Shown here: positions 9,268 to 16,237 of the stretch, in pieces
Layout: every line of letters starts with the position of its first letter
Numbering within the stretch: position 1 is the first letter of the stretch
Assembly: GCA_038321865.1 (NCBI GenBank)
Contig: JBBQFH010000044.1
Coordinates: forward strand, 1-16,237
DNA: 16,237 nt
From: Gemmatimonadales bacterium
GTDB taxonomy: Bacteria > Gemmatimonadota > Gemmatimonadetes > Gemmatimonadales > GWC2-71-9
Direction of reading: 5' to 3'
The notes under the pieces: model-generated
Databases searched by the model: none
Told to the model about the DNA's origin: nothing
The model's input: only the letters and a program-made list of their open reading frames with translations
Made by a program: the position numbers and the translations under genes

Positions 9268-10793
9268 CCTTCCGCGTCATCACGAACGCTCCGTGCCCGC
9301 CGATCGACGGCCTTGCGCCGCGGACGGGCGGCCTGGATGCGTCACTATTGCCGGCGTTCCTCGCACCGCCGGGGCGGCCGGACCTCCTCGAGCAACTGCG
9401 TTCGCCCGGAATCCTCGCCGTCACCACCGGCCAGCAGCCTGCGCTGTTTACCGGACCGATGTACACGGTGCACAAGGCCCTGTCGGCCGGAGCGCTCGCC
9501 GAAGCTCTCGAGCGGCGATGGCAGCGACGGGTCGTGCCGATCTTCTGGGTGGCCGGGGACGACCACGATTTCGCCGAGGCGAATCATGCGGCATGGCTGG
9601 GGTCGAACGGTGAGATTCGCCGGGCCGCGTTGCCGGACCGTCCCGCCGATGCGCCAATGCTGCCGCTCTACCGCGAGCCACTCGGTGCGGAGGTGACCGA
9701 GGCGCTCGACGATTTCGCCGCCACCGTCCCGCCATCGGAATACCGGTCGTGGACGCTGGAATGGCTGCAGCGGCACTTTCGGCCCGAGGCGACGATCGCT
9801 GGCAGTACCGGCAACGCACTGGCCGAGCTCCTCGCACCCTTCGGCATCGCGTGCCTCGACAGCACCAATCCGGCATTCAAGCGGGCGGCCGGCCCCTTCC
9901 TCTTGCGGGCACTGCGTGACGCCGATGAGCTGGAATCGGCCCTGGTGGCTCGAGCCGCGGAGCTGGCAAGCGCCGGCGCCGATGGCGGGGTCGCTGTGGG
10001 AGACGGGGCTACGCTCGTGATGCTCGAAGGGGTGGCCGGCCGTGACCGGCTGGTGCGCGACGGCCAGGGATATGTGACACGGCGGGGGCGCGAGCGATTC
10101 AGCTTCGCTGATCTCGAACGCCTCGCCGACCAGCAGCCGGAACGGCTGTCGCCCAACGTGCTGCTGCGCCCGGTCATCGAGAGCGCGCTGCTGCCGACGG
10201 CAGCGTACGCCGCGGGGCCCGGCGAGCTGCGTTACCTCGCGCTGACGGAGCCGATCTACCGCCATCTGGGCGTCACGCGCCAGGTCGCCGTTCCGCGCTG
10301 GTCAGGGACGGTGGTGGATGCCAGGGTCGACCGGATCCTGGCCAAGTTCGGCCTGTCGGCGGATGACCTCGCCCAGCCGCTGTCCGCGCTCGAAACTGCT
10401 GTCGTCCGCCGTCGCCTTCCGGCCGAGGCGGAGGCCGAGTTGTCGGCCCTCCGGAGCGTCCTGACCGGGGAGTTCAGCAAGATCCGGCTTACGGCGGAGC
10501 GGATAGATCCGACGCTGGTGCGATCGGTGGACGGCCGACGCGACCGTGCGCTGGCGGATGCCGACCGGATCGAGCGGAAGCTCGTTGCGCACCTCAAGCG
10601 GCGGCTCGCCACCGAATTGCGCCAGCTGGGCGCGGCGCGCGACGCGATCCGCCCCGACGGGAGCCCGCAAGAACGCGTGCTCTGCGCGCCCTCGTTTCTG
10701 GTACGCCACGGCCCTCGGGTAGTGGAGGCAGTGGCGGAACGGGCGCGGGCCTGGTATGCCGACGCCCTTGAGCACAGTCCGGTCCCCGTCTAG
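9264..10793 (+). CDS. bshC: Bacillithiol biosynthesis cysteine-adding enzyme BshC
   Basis: VTTGQQPALFTGPMYTVHKA, VPIFWVAGDDHDFAE, RLSPNVLLRPVIES, YAAGPGELRY, PR, a C-terminal coiled coil and PQERV. Confidence 0.92.
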   Translation: MTFRVITNAPCPPIDGLAPRTGGLDASLLPAFLAPPGRPDLLEQLRSPGILAVTTGQQPALFTGPMYTVHKALSAGALAEALERRWQRRVVPIFWVAGDDHDFAEANHAAWLGSNGEIRRAALPDRPADAPMLPLYREPLGAEVTEALDDFAATVPPSEYRSWTLEWLQRHFRPEATIAGSTGNALAELLAPFGIACLDSTNPAFKRAAGPFLLRALRDADELESALVARAAELASAGADGGVAVGDGATLVMLEGVAGRDRLVRDGQGYVTRRGRERFSFADLERLADQQPERLSPNVLLRPVIESALLPTAAYAAGPGELRYLALTEPIYRHLGVTRQVAVPRWSGTVVDARVDRILAKFGLSADDLAQPLSALETAVVRRRLPAEAEAELSALRSVLTGEFSKIRLTAERIDPTLVRSVDGRRDRALADADRIERKLVAHLKRRLATELRQLGAARDAIRPDGSPQERVLCAPSFLVRHGPRVVEAVAERARAWYADALEHSPVPV

Positions 10794-10801
10794 ACTGGCA
10801 T

Positions 10802-11083
10802 ATGGGCATCGTCGCCGTCATTCTCGTGGTAGCGCTCTTCATCCCTGTGCTGGCCATTCTCCTGGACTCGCCGATGGGGCGGGCACTCGGCCGCCGACTC
10901 GAGGGACCGCAAGTGGCGGAGCCAACGGTTCGCGAGCTTTCCCGCAAGGTCGAGCTGCTCGAGTCCGAGGTGGACGACCTTGCCCGGGGGATGCAGACGC
11001 TGCGCGACGAGACGGCGTTCCTGCAGCGCCTGCTCGAGGAGGGGTCCCCCCGGCGCGGGCTGCCGCCGCCCGACACAACCTGA
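10802..11083 (+). CDS. Small membrane-anchored coiled-coil protein of unknown function (93 aa)
   Basis: Hydrophobic N-terminus (MGIVAVILVVALFIPVLAILL) followed by a heptad region (VRELSRKVELLESEVDDLARGMQTLRDETAFLQRLL). It exactly fills the bshC-murJ gap on the operon strand. Confidence 0.8.
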   Translation: MGIVAVILVVALFIPVLAILLDSPMGRALGRRLEGPQVAEPTVRELSRKVELLESEVDDLARGMQTLRDETAFLQRLLEEGSPRRGLPPPDTT

Positions 11084-11112
11084 CCACATCGCGTCCGCAG
11101 CGCCCCGCGGTC

Positions 11113-12642
11113 ATGGTCGCGGCCGGCATCCTGACCAGCCGCGTCATCGGGCTCGTGCGCGGACTCGTCTTCGCGCGCTACTTCGCGACGTCGGCGGCGG
11201 CGGATGCATTTACGGCGGCACTCCGCATCCCCAACCTGCTGCAGAATCTCTTCGGCGAAGGCGTGCTGTCGGCGTCGTTCATCCCGGTGTACGCCGGACT
11301 GCTGGCGCAGCGCGATCGCGAGCGCGCGAACCATGTCGCGGGCGCCGTACTCGCGCTGTTGGGGCTGGTGGTGTCGGCCCTGGTGCTCGCTGGCGTACTG
11401 GCGACGCCCTGGCTGATCGAGCTCATCGCGCCGGGGTTCACCGGCCCCACCCGCGACCTCACCATCCGCCTGGTCAGAATCCTGTTTCCAGGCGCGGGCC
11501 TGCTGGTGCTCTCCGCATGGTGCCTGGGCATTCTCAACAGCCATCGCCGGTTTTTCCTTTCGTACGTTTCCCCCGTCATCTGGAATGTCTGCATCATCGC
11601 CGCGCTGCTGGCGTACGGCCCGCGCGAACAGCTGGACCGGCTGGCCGTCATCGCGGCGTGGGGCTCGGTCATCGGGTGCGCACTCCAGTTCCTGGTGCAG
11701 GTGCCGACCGTCCTTCGGCTGACGGGGGGCGTGCGACCGGCGATCGACACGACGTCGGAGCAGGTTCGAACGGTGGTGCGGTCATTCTTTCCGGCATTCA
11801 TCGGACGGGGAGCCTACCAGCTGAGCGCGTACGCCGACATGTGGCTGGCCTCGAAGGTGACCGTTGGGGCGGTCGCGGCGCTCGGGTACGCCCAGAATAT
11901 CTACATGCTGCCCGTGAGCCTCTTCGGGATGGCGGTATCCGCGGCCGAGCTTCCGGCGATGTCGAGTGCGACCGGTAATGCGGCGGAGATCAGCGAGTAT
12001 CTCCGGCGCCGGCTCGACGCCGGCTTGCGCCAGATCGCTTTCTTCGTGGTGCCGTCCGCCATGGCATTCGCGGCCCTCGGTCAGGTGGTCGCCGGCGTGC
12101 TCTATCATGGGGGACGCTTTGGAGACGGCCAGACACGCTACGTCTGGGGAATACTGGCCGGGTCGGCCGTCGGCCTCCTCGCTTCGACGCTGGGGCGGCT
12201 GTATTCGTCGACATACTACGCGCTCAAGGACACCCGCACCCCGCTCCGTTTCGCGCTGATCCGCGTCGGCCTCACGATCGCGCTCGGCTATCTCGCCGCG
12301 CTCGTGCTCCCGGAGGCGCTGGGCATCGAACGCCGCTGGGGCGCCGCCGGGCTGACGGCGTCGGCCGGAGTGGCGGGATGGGTGGAGTTCGTGCTGCTCA
12401 GGAGCCGGCTCAACCGCCGCATCGGTGCGACCGGCATTCCACTCCGCGTGCTGGCGAGCCTGTGGACGGCGGCCAGTTTCGCGGCAGCGGCAGGGTGGGG
12501 GATCCGTTTGCTGACGGCGGGGCTGGGCGTGCGCGCCGGCGGCCTGCTGGTGCTGGGAACCTATGCGCTGGTGTATGTGTTTCTCGCGTACGCCCTTGGC
12601 GTGCCCCAGGCAAAGACGTTTCTCGGCCGACTGGTGAGATGA
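11113..12642 (+). CDS. murJ: Lipid II flippase MurJ (MviN); the start may instead be CTG at 11080
   Basis: SRVIGLVR, ADAFTAALRIPNLLQNLFGEGVLSASFIP, LNSHRRF, QFLVQVP, LGYAQNIYMLPVSLFG, YYALKDTRTP and many TM helices. The ORF-track extension back to 10756 overlaps another gene. Confidence 0.95.
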   Translation: MVAAGILTSRVIGLVRGLVFARYFATSAAADAFTAALRIPNLLQNLFGEGVLSASFIPVYAGLLAQRDRERANHVAGAVLALLGLVVSALVLAGVLATPWLIELIAPGFTGPTRDLTIRLVRILFPGAGLLVLSAWCLGILNSHRRFFLSYVSPVIWNVCIIAALLAYGPREQLDRLAVIAAWGSVIGCALQFLVQVPTVLRLTGGVRPAIDTTSEQVRTVVRSFFPAFIGRGAYQLSAYADMWLASKVTVGAVAALGYAQNIYMLPVSLFGMAVSAAELPAMSSATGNAAEISEYLRRRLDAGLRQIAFFVVPSAMAFAALGQVVAGVLYHGGRFGDGQTRYVWGILAGSAVGLLASTLGRLYSSTYYALKDTRTPLRFALIRVGLTIALGYLAALVLPEALGIERRWGAAGLTASAGVAGWVEFVLLRSRLNRRIGATGIPLRVLASLWTAASFAAAAGWGIRLLTAGLGVRAGGLLVLGTYALVYVFLAYALGVPQAKTFLGRLVR

Positions 12643-14456
12643 CCGCCGTTCCCTCCGAATCGCTCCAACGCAAGCTCGACACACTGCCCGACGGGCCCGG
12701 GGTCTACCTGTGGCGCGATCGGGGCGGCGACGTCCTGTACGTGGGCAAGGCGAAGCGGCTGAACGGCCGGGTGCGCAGCTATTTCAGCAACGATTTCGCC
12801 GACAGCCCCAAGAATCGCCTGCTGATGCGGCTGGTGGCCGACGTCGAGACGATCGTCGTGCCCAACGAGGCGCAGTCGCTCCTCCTCGAGAACAATCTCA
12901 TCAAGGAGTACCGTCCGCGCTTCAACGTCCGCCTCAAGGACGACAAGAGCTACCCATCGATCGCCGTCACCCTGGGGGAGTCCTTTCCCCGCGTCCTCGT
13001 CACCCGCCAGCGCGATATACCCGGCGCCAGGTACTTCGGGCCCTACACCGACGTCGGCCAGCTCCGGCGCACGCTCGGCGTGATCCGGCGCCTGTACACG
13101 GTACGCAGCTGTGCCGACGACCTGCCGCACGAGCGGAGAGAGCGGCCGTGCCTCGACTATCACATCGGCCGCTGTCTCGCGCCGTGCGTCGGGTGGCAGT
13201 CGGTGGACGGGTACCGACGGATGGTCGCCGACGTCGTGGCCTTCCTCGAAGGCCGCACGCAGGATGTCCGGGTCCGCGTCCGTGACGCCATGTTCGCCGC
13301 CAGCGAGCGGGAGGACTTCGAGCGCGCCCGGGAGCTCCGGGACGCTCTCAAGTGGCTGGAGAAACTGGAGGAACCGTCGGCCGTGGAGATCATCGGCACC
13401 GGCGATGCCGATATCATCGGCTATGCCCGCGACGGTGACGATGCCGCCTGCGTGCTCGTCCGGGTGCGCGGCGGCCGCGTGATCGGCCGCGAACACCGAT
13501 TCTTCGAAGGGGTCGAAGAAGCGGAGGACGAGATCATCCTGGGAAACTTCCTGGTGCAGTTCTACAGCGCCACCGAGGGCCGCGCTCGTCGCCTGGTCGT
13601 TCCGCTCCCGCCCGCCGACTGGGAGGCGCTGCGGGAGCTGATGCCCGGAACCGACTGGAGCATCCCGCAGCGGGGAATCGCCCATCGATGGCTGGAGCTC
13701 GCCGACCATAATGCGCGGCACCTGCTCGAAAGCCTCCGCATCGAGTCGTTCGAGACCGAGGAACGGGCGGAGGATCCGGTCTACGCGCTCGGGCGTGATC
13801 TCGGGCTCGCGGTCGTGCCGCGGAGCTTCATCTGCGTGGACATCTCCCACAATCAGGGGCGCGACATCGTCGGCTCGCTGGTGTGGTTCGAGGCCGGCCG
13901 GCCCAAGAAGAGCGAATATCGGAAGTTCAGGATCAAGGGACTGGCGCAGCAAGACGACTTCGCGGCGATCGCCGAAGTGCTGACGCGCTACCTGATGCGC
14001 CGCGTCGCCGAAGCGCTCCACCTGCCCGACCTGATGGTGATCGACGGGGGCAAGGGGCAGCTCAGCGCCGCCGTGGCGGCTGCGGAGGCCGTGGGCGTGA
14101 CCACCATCCCGATCATCAGCCTGGCCAAGCGGGAAGAGGAAATCTTTTTCCCGGGACGAAGCGAGGTCCTGCGGCTGCCGCGGCGCAGCCCGTCGCTTCG
14201 CCTGTTGCAGCGGGCGCGCGACGAGGCGCATCGCTTCGGGCTGGCATACAACCGGAAGCGGCAGACCAAGCGCGTCATCACCTCCGAGCTGCTCGACATT
14301 CCCGGCGTCGGCGCAGCCAAGCGACGGCTGCTGCTGGAGCGGTTCGGGAGCCTCGCCGGGGTGCGGACCGCGACCCCGCCGGAGGTGGCGGCGCTGCCCG
14401 GCTTTTCCCGCATGCTGGCGGAGCGGATCCTTTCGCATCTCAAGGAGTCGACGTGA
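12639..14456 (+). CDS. uvrC: Excinuclease ABC subunit C
   Basis: ATGA overlap with murJ. GIY-YIG domain (PGVYLW, VLYVGKAKRL, RVRSYF), Cys-rich RPCLDYHIGRCLAPC, UVR domain (EDFERARELRD), RNase H-like DISH/IDGGKGQ/RDEAHRF and HhH (IPGVG). Confidence 0.97.
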   Translation: MTAVPSESLQRKLDTLPDGPGVYLWRDRGGDVLYVGKAKRLNGRVRSYFSNDFADSPKNRLLMRLVADVETIVVPNEAQSLLLENNLIKEYRPRFNVRLKDDKSYPSIAVTLGESFPRVLVTRQRDIPGARYFGPYTDVGQLRRTLGVIRRLYTVRSCADDLPHERRERPCLDYHIGRCLAPCVGWQSVDGYRRMVADVVAFLEGRTQDVRVRVRDAMFAASEREDFERARELRDALKWLEKLEEPSAVEIIGTGDADIIGYARDGDDAACVLVRVRGGRVIGREHRFFEGVEEAEDEIILGNFLVQFYSATEGRARRLVVPLPPADWEALRELMPGTDWSIPQRGIAHRWLELADHNARHLLESLRIESFETEERAEDPVYALGRDLGLAVVPRSFICVDISHNQGRDIVGSLVWFEAGRPKKSEYRKFRIKGLAQQDDFAAIAEVLTRYLMRRVAEALHLPDLMVIDGGKGQLSAAVAAAEAVGVTTIPIISLAKREEEIFFPGRSEVLRLPRRSPSLRLLQRARDEAHRFGLAYNRKRQTKRVITSELLDIPGVGAAKRRLLLERFGSLAGVRTATPPEVAALPGFSRMLAERILSHLKEST

Positions 14457-15637
14457 CCGACGTCGCGGATTCGGCCGAGGCCGACTGGATACTCGAATGC
14501 TCATCCTGCGGCCAGACTCGCCAGCCGGAGGGGCTCCCGACCGTCTGCGAATGTGGCCAGCCGTGGCTGGTCCGCTACCCGACCCGCACGCACGCGCTGG
14601 TGCACCGCGCCGAACTGCGCCGGGGCCATGGCATGTGGCGTTTTCGCGCCTTCCTGCCGCTGCTTCCCGGCGAACAGCCGGTCAGCCTCGGCGAAGGAGA
14701 TACGCCGCTGTTGTCGGTGCCGCGGACTGGCCAGACGCTCGACCTGAAGGATTTGTGGATCAAGGATGAGGGAGTCAATCCAACCGGTTCGTTCAAGGCC
14801 CGAGGGATTTCGGCGGCGGTGACACGGGCGGTCGCGGCGGGGGCCGGGCGCTTCGTGCTGCCGACGGCCGGCAACGCCGGGGTGGCTGCTGCCGCCTACG
14901 GGGCACGGGCAGGGAAAGCGGTGCGAGTCTATGCGCCCCGCACCACGCCACCGACAATCCTGTCCCAGATCGTCCGATTCGGCGGTGAGCTCATCCTGCT
15001 CGACGGGCACATCGGCGACTGCGGCAAGGCGGCGCGCGAATTCGCGGCGGAAACGGGGGCGGTCGACCTGTCGACGCTGCGCGAGCCGTATCGCATCGAA
15101 GGCAAGAAGACCCTCGGGCTGGAGCTGGCGCTGCAGTTCGGGTGGCGCCTGCCGACGGCGATCATCTATCCGACCGGCGGCGGTACCGGTCTGATCGGCA
15201 TGTGGAAGGCGTTCGCGGAGCTGGCCGCCGCGGGCTGGGTCAGCGGGACGCTGCCCCGGATGTACACCGTGCAGTCGAGCGGGTGCGCCCCGGTGGTGCG
15301 TGCGTTCGAGACCGGCGCGCTCCGCTGCGAGGCCTGGGCGGATCCGTGGACCATCGCGAGCGGGCTCCGGGTCCCGGCCCCGCTGGGCGACCAGCTGATG
15401 CTCCGCGCCCTCCGAGAGAGCGAGGGCGGTGCGGTCGCAATCGACGATGCTGAGCTGGAACGCACCGCCGCGGCAACGACGGGCCGGGAGGGAATTGACC
15501 TGTCGCCGGAGGGCGGAGCCGCGCTGGCGGCGGCGCGGCTCCTGCGCGAGCGTGGGGATCTCGCCCCGGATGACCGTGTCGTCGCCTTCAACACCGGCGC
15601 CGGATGGCTCTACCGCACCCCTGAAGCATTTGCCTGA
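14453..15637 (+). CDS. thrC: Threonine synthase family PLP enzyme (fold type II) with N-terminal Zn-ribbon
   Basis: The GTG start overlaps the uvrC stop, with AAGGAG at 14442-14447. Motifs: CSSC...CECG, SLGEGDTPL, KDEGVNPTGSFKARG (PLP lysine), PTAGNAG, EPYRIEGKKT, YPTGGGTG, SPEG and FNTG. Confidence 0.82.
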   Translation: MTDVADSAEADWILECSSCGQTRQPEGLPTVCECGQPWLVRYPTRTHALVHRAELRRGHGMWRFRAFLPLLPGEQPVSLGEGDTPLLSVPRTGQTLDLKDLWIKDEGVNPTGSFKARGISAAVTRAVAAGAGRFVLPTAGNAGVAAAAYGARAGKAVRVYAPRTTPPTILSQIVRFGGELILLDGHIGDCGKAAREFAAETGAVDLSTLREPYRIEGKKTLGLELALQFGWRLPTAIIYPTGGGTGLIGMWKAFAELAAAGWVSGTLPRMYTVQSSGCAPVVRAFETGALRCEAWADPWTIASGLRVPAPLGDQLMLRALRESEGGAVAIDDAELERTAAATTGREGIDLSPEGGAALAAARLLRERGDLAPDDRVVAFNTGAGWLYRTPEAFA

Positions 15638-15728
15638 GCGGCCGGGCGCCGTCATATTCTCATCAAATCGTCGTCGGCCGGCACGTTCGTTCCCAGGCCA
15701 ACGCGTGTGCAGGTCGGCCCGGGCGCGG

Positions 15729-15744
15729 CGTTCTCTGGAGAACG
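15729..15744. promoter_or_regulatory. Perfect palindrome, candidate enhancer-binding-protein site
   Basis: CGTTCTC-TG-GAGAACG, ending about 110 bp upstream of the -24 element. Confidence 0.35.
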
Positions 15745-15854
15745 GGGGCGACGTGGGGACTGTCCCAGGTGAGCCCCCGAGGTCGCCGGACGGTGCGATC
15801 GGGGAATTCGGGCCCAACCAGGGCTCCGGAACCCCCGCAATCAGGGCTCGAGTC

Positions 15855-15870
15855 TGGCAAGCTAGTTGCA
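15855..15870 (+). promoter_or_regulatory. Sigma-54 (RpoN) -24/-12 promoter
   Basis: TGGCAAGCTAGTTGCA matches TGGCACG-N4-TTGCW with one mismatch and exact GG-N10-GC spacing. It is intergenic and ends about 80 nt upstream of the next start codon. Confidence 0.75.
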
Positions 15871-15948
15871 TTCCAGGGGGCGCCCGCGCTCGGCGGCAGG
15901 TCCGCCGGCAGGCCTGCGGCCCCGAACCAGAAGTCACAAGGAGTAATG

Positions 15949-16237
15949 ATGCGAGCTCTCTCGGCAGTCACCCTGCTCATTCTGGGCGCCGGCACGCTGT
16001 CAGCCCAGCAGCCCGGCCGCGACTCGGCGGTCGCCAAGGCAATCGCCGCCTATACCGTGCGCTATACCGAGCCCGACTGCAAGCTCCCGAAAGGTCACTT
16101 TCTGGTCAGCAGTGGCGCCACCTACCTGCAGCAGTCGATTGAGAAGGGCGCGGTTGCCGCCAACCGGGAGCGCCTGCTCAACGATGGTCACCGGGTGCTG
16201 ATTCAGGCGATCCAGCAAGCCGGACAGGACAAGAATC
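15949..16237 (+). CDS. Secreted/periplasmic protein of unknown function, 3'-truncated (absent from the ORF track)
   Basis: AAGGAG RBS (15938-15943), then ATG ATG (15946/15949). The frame is open to the window end: MRALSAVTLLILGAGTLSA-QQPGRDSAVAKAIAAYTVRYTEPDCKLPKGHFLVSSGATYLQQSIEKGAVAANRERLLNDGHRVLIQAIQQAGQDKN. It carries a Sec-type signal peptide. Confidence 0.8.
   Translation, partial: MRALSAVTLLILGAGTLSAQQPGRDSAVAKAIAAYTVRYTEPDCKLPKGHFLVSSGATYLQQSIEKGAVAANRERLLNDGHRVLIQAIQQAGQDKN

Noticed and set aside
13109..13188. Four-Cys cluster in UvrC
   Set aside because: This is a known feature of many UvrC proteins and is not novel.
12561..14504. 647-aa antisense ORF opposite uvrC, and similar shadow ORFs such as 14501-15937, 9345-10265 and 10594-11544
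   Set aside because: These overlap well-supported genes and give Arg/Pro/Ala/Gly-rich translations without domains.
15679..15693. Second sigma-54-like sequence CGGCACGTTCGTTCC
   Set aside because: The -12 element is TTCC and lacks the near-invariant GC.
15638..15945. tRNA, tmRNA, SRP, 6S RNA or riboswitch in the long spacer; IHF-like CATCAAATCGTCG at 15661
   Set aside because: No diagnostic motifs are recognisable by eye, and an Rfam search would be needed. The IHF-like site lacks the TTR part and is not between the dyad and the promoter.
15429..16142. 237-aa + strand ORF in the track
   Set aside because: It overlaps thrC and the promoter region. The better-supported gene is in another frame starting at 15946/15949.

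Overview
A GC-rich bacterial chromosomal segment with every credible gene on the + strand. Gene content and order suggest a diderm, probably Gemmatimonadota (inference, not verified). The order is: 5'-truncated clpC, bamA, skp, stand-alone fabZ, lpxK-like, Glu dehydrogenase, rlmH, SAM methyltransferase, bshC, small TM/coiled-coil protein, murJ, uvrC, threonine synthase-like, a ~310-nt regulatory spacer with a near-consensus sigma-54 promoter, and a 3'-truncated secreted protein. I see no mobile element, CRISPR array or RNA gene. Three observations stand out. (1) The bamA-skp-fabZ-lpxK cluster lacks lpxD, lpxC, lpxA and lpxB, and the remaining LpxK is full length but altered at several catalytic motifs. 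This suggests erosion or relocation of lipid A synthesis and a possible LpxK pseudokinase. (2) A methyltransferase overlaps bshC by 4 nt and is a candidate N-methyl-bacillithiol module. (3) A sigma-54 promoter with candidate activator/operator sites precedes the last gene.
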